A DNA stretch of 63,797 nt, filler included, from Globobulimina sp. (taxonomy: Eukaryota): assembly GCA_003354225.1 (NCBI GenBank). It is 35 parts of 35 records of this genome, joined end to end, with 100 filler letters (N's around TTAATTAATTAA, not from the genome) between each part and the next. Parts side by side here need not be neighbours in the genome. Positions count along the whole stretch, not along the records: positions 60,250 to 61,973 come from PIVH01012679.1; positions 62,074 to 63,797 come from PIVH01012680.1; 33 more parts are not named here. One strand, given 5' to 3'. Position numbers and translations under genes: made by a program. This document shows positions 60,929-63,797 of this stretch, piece after piece. Positions within the stretch are counted from its first letter, which is position 1. The number at the start of each line of letters is the position of its first letter. Under the pieces are notes generated by a model. That model searched no databases, was not told where the DNA came from, and saw only the letters and a list, made by a program, of their open reading frames with translations.

Positions 60929-61973
60929 TTAAATTTTTGCATACGATAGTTTTCGCTGCAATTTATTATTTTTCGTGTATGTCTCCACGACAACAATTCT
61001 AACATCTTTTTTCTGTTTTTCCCCTTTCTGTATCACATCGCTCAGAATTTTAATTTCGTTGAAGTTTAATCCATCCAATTTCAAAATAATATCTTCAAAC
61101 TCACCATCCATGCAAACCAATATATTATTATTCAAATCAATGCATTTAAATACATATTCCCGTTTAACTAACTTTGAGATATTATCACTGCAAATATTGA
61201 TTGAATCAATCAAATTTGTTGCGATTGAAATGTATTTTGATATAGTTTGAATTATTTCGTTTGATAAATATTTGTTGCTTTTAGTACATCGAAAATATCC
61301 ATAAATTAAAAATTCATTTTTATTTCCAATATTTTCTTTTTTACATTGCAAATTAATCAAAAGTTGTTCCATAAATATTTTATATTCAGCTTGTTTATAT
61401 TTTTTTAATTTCCCTTCGATAAACCCAACTAAATCACGATAGCACTCATATGGCTTATCAACATTGATACTTTTTGTTTTAATCAAACTTATCAAATATT
61501 TATTAAGTTCACTGCTATTTTCATAACTTTTTTCAACTTCAATCCAAAGTTTGTAAATTTGTTTTTGTTTTTTTAATGGTTCGCCAATAAAAAACGATAA
61601 CAAATAATTCCGAAATAAATCACAAACAGTCTGAGAATAACCAGGTCGATCACCACCACTATGTTCAACAAATAATTCTCTCTCAAAAAACCATTGATAA
61701 ATTGAATGCGATGCAGTTGTTTTTTCAATTTTGGGTATTCCAACGTAGACAAATTTAAACTGAGTCAATAAATGGTTGAAAAGTAATTCAATTTTAGTAA
61801 ATCCATTGTATTCTTGCAATCGTAATTGTTGATCAAAAAACGTTTTTGCTGAATAAATATAATTGTTTTCGAGCTCGCTTTTATTATTTGGCACTTTGTC
61901 AAATAGCACATTATAAAAATATGAGCGATCTAAATATGTTGGTAAAAAGCGAACAAATTCTTGCAATGAATCG
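60929..61973 (-). CDS. Hypothetical: DUF262/GmrSD-like segment + eIF5A C-terminal-like OB domain, 5'-partial
   Basis: FVYV...IYQWF...G...DLFRNYLL; VKREY...ID....VCMD......LKL...KDVRIVV. Confidence 0.45.
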
Positions 61974-62073
61974 NNNNNNNNNNNNNNNNNNNNNNNNNNN
62001 NNNNNNNNNNNNNNNNNTTAATTAATTAANNNNNNNNNNNNNNNNNNNNNNNNNNNNNNNNNNNNNNNNNNNN

Positions 62074-63246
62074 AATGAATCATGGTTTGGCACTAAAATA
62101 ATTTATGAGAATGACATATATTTTGATAAAGCATTCAATAAACAATTATTTAATTGGATAATTGATGCAAAATTAATTAAAAAAATGAAAAATTCTTTAA
62201 ATGGAAAACGATTTGAATCACCAATTTATAATAAAATGTGGTGTTTAAGTATTGCACCAAATGGATGCAAAACAACACGCAAAGATTGTTTTGATGTTTT
62301 TCTTCAAATTTGTGCATTTCCACGCAATATCTCTAAAATATCGGTTCGATATAAAATAAATTGTAAAGAAATTCAAATAAATACAGATTGGACAAATGAT
62401 TTTGATATTAATGGGGATTATGGTTGGCGTTGGGCTGATTGGGATGAAAATATATTATCATTCACAGATTTTAGGAATTATAATTTAAATGGAGCAGAAT
62501 TTGAAGTAAATGTAAATATTTTATCAATTTATGATAACAATGGAAAGAAAATCAATAAAAATGAATGGAATAAATATATAAAAATAAATAAAAGTCAAAA
62601 TATGAATGAAAATGATGAAAAAAAAGAATGTGAAAATAGTAATAATATTATTTTAGAATCATTAGTAACGAGAATGGATGAAATGAATTCACAAATTAAA
62701 TCATTAACAAATATCATTACAAATATGCAACAAAATCAACAACAAAATCAACAGAAAAATGAGAAACGATTTGTAAATCTAGAACAGAATGCAAATAAAC
62801 AACAACAGAAAAACGAGCAAAGATTAGCAAATGTAGAGGAACAAATTAATAAATTGATAGAGAATAAAGAAGAGAATAAAGAGGAATCGGAAGTACATAA
62901 AATCGGAAATTGGATGCGAGATATTGTTGGCTTTGAAGAATACACACAAATATTATTAGAAAATGGTTTCGATTCAATGGAGAGTCTTATTGATATTACA
63001 ATTAATGACTTGAATCAAATCGGTATTCATAAAATTGGACATAGAAAAAAAATATTTAAATATGCTCAAAAATTAGCGGATCAACAACAACAACAAAATA
63101 TAAATGTAAATGTAGATGGATGGAAATGTGGAATGTGTGATACACAAAATGCAAATAATATATTTGAATGCAAATTATGTGGCTTTAAAAAGCATTCTAT
63201 GAATAGGGATGTTGAAGGAACAAATATCATCGATACTGCACAATAA
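62074..63246 (+). CDS. MATH + coiled-coil + SAM + RanBP2-type zinc-finger protein, 5'-partial
   Basis: WCLSIAPNG; EEYTQILLENGFD...DLNQIGIHKIGHRKKI; WKCGMCDTQN.....CKLCG. Confidence 0.85.
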   Translation, partial: NESWFGTKIIYENDIYFDKAFNKQLFNWIIDAKLIKKMKNSLNGKRFESPIYNKMWCLSIAPNGCKTTRKDCFDVFLQICAFPRNISKISVRYKINCKEIQINTDWTNDFDINGDYGWRWADWDENILSFTDFRNYNLNGAEFEVNVNILSIYDNNGKKINKNEWNKYIKINKSQNMNENDEKKECENSNNIILESLVTRMDEMNSQIKSLTNIITNMQQNQQQNQQKNEKRFVNLEQNANKQQQKNEQRLANVEEQINKLIENKEENKEESEVHKIGNWMRDIVGFEEYTQILLENGFDSMESLIDITINDLNQIGIHKIGHRKKIFKYAQKLADQQQQQNINVNVDGWKCGMCDTQNANNIFECKLCGFKKHSMNRDVEGTNIIDTAQ

Positions 63247-63424
63247 ATGTGTACGTAAATAACATATTTTATAAGTATTATTTTTAAATTTAATCCACTT
63301 CATTGCGTCGAATCGAACGCGAGTTTTGACCGATCTATCTAAAATATATAAGTATAAATTGCATGCACATTTGTTTAAATAAACAGCTACAGTCTCACTC
63401 ACAAGTCAAATCAACACAATCTCA

Positions 63425-63797
63425 CTATTCACTCTCCGAATCATATTCATCACCAAACTCTTGTTTTACTTTAACATCGCTATAATTAATACTCCCATTA
63501 TTATTTGCCATATAAATATCATAATCCTCATCACCATCATCGTCAGATGCCACATCTGTTAAATCAATACATTTTATTTGCCCACACAGCTTAAACATAA
63601 ACACATCGTCACTTTCCAACCACGGCGGCTTTTCTGTGTCTACATGCAATATGCCCCAAGTTATGTGTTTGTTGTATATCCGCATCAAAGTATACAACCT
63701 AAATTTCATATCTTTTTTGATATCATAGCCAATATTGTATACCACATATTTTTTCCTATCCTTACAACGAATGTAATCTCTCCAATCAACCTCCAAT
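63425..63797 (-). CDS. Hypothetical protein C-terminus
   Basis: ORF open to window end. Confidence 0.4.
   Translation of the reverse strand, partial: LEVDWRDYIRCKDRKKYVVYNIGYDIKKDMKFRLYTLMRIYNKHITWGILHVDTEKPPWLESDDVFMFKLCGQIKCIDLTDVASDDDGDEDYDIYMANNNGSINYSDVKVKQEFGDEYDSESE

Overview
This window is not one locus. It is a length-sorted concatenation of about 35 short contigs (about 1.72-1.73 kb each), joined by artificial 100-nt linkers (44 N + TTAATTAATTAA + 44 N). Most of the DNA is AT-rich eukaryotic sequence with the standard code and short GT-AG introns; the gene repertoire suggests a foraminiferan or other rhizarian protist (inference). Some contigs look chimeric, including one bacterial M16 peptidase fragment. 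Host genes include CCT8, copine-WW, GH5 endoglycoceramidase, P450, acyl-CoA synthetase, an EF-hand protein, DOMON-cytochrome b561 and a sulfotransferase. Mobile elements include a Penelope-like RT, a hAT transposase, an LTR gag-protease and MITEs. The most notable item is a family of about 1.73-kb tyrosine-recombinase-only elements, present as three whole contigs (1-1727 minus, 3655-5381, 12790-14515). Each has a ~610-nt non-coding, hairpin-rich leader with conserved motifs and compensatory or G-U-preserving changes. This is followed by a DIRS-type tyrosine recombinase ORF that has no stop codon at the right end and would gain one if the unit's ends were joined into a circle. All family assignments come from motif recognition by eye; no database searches were run.
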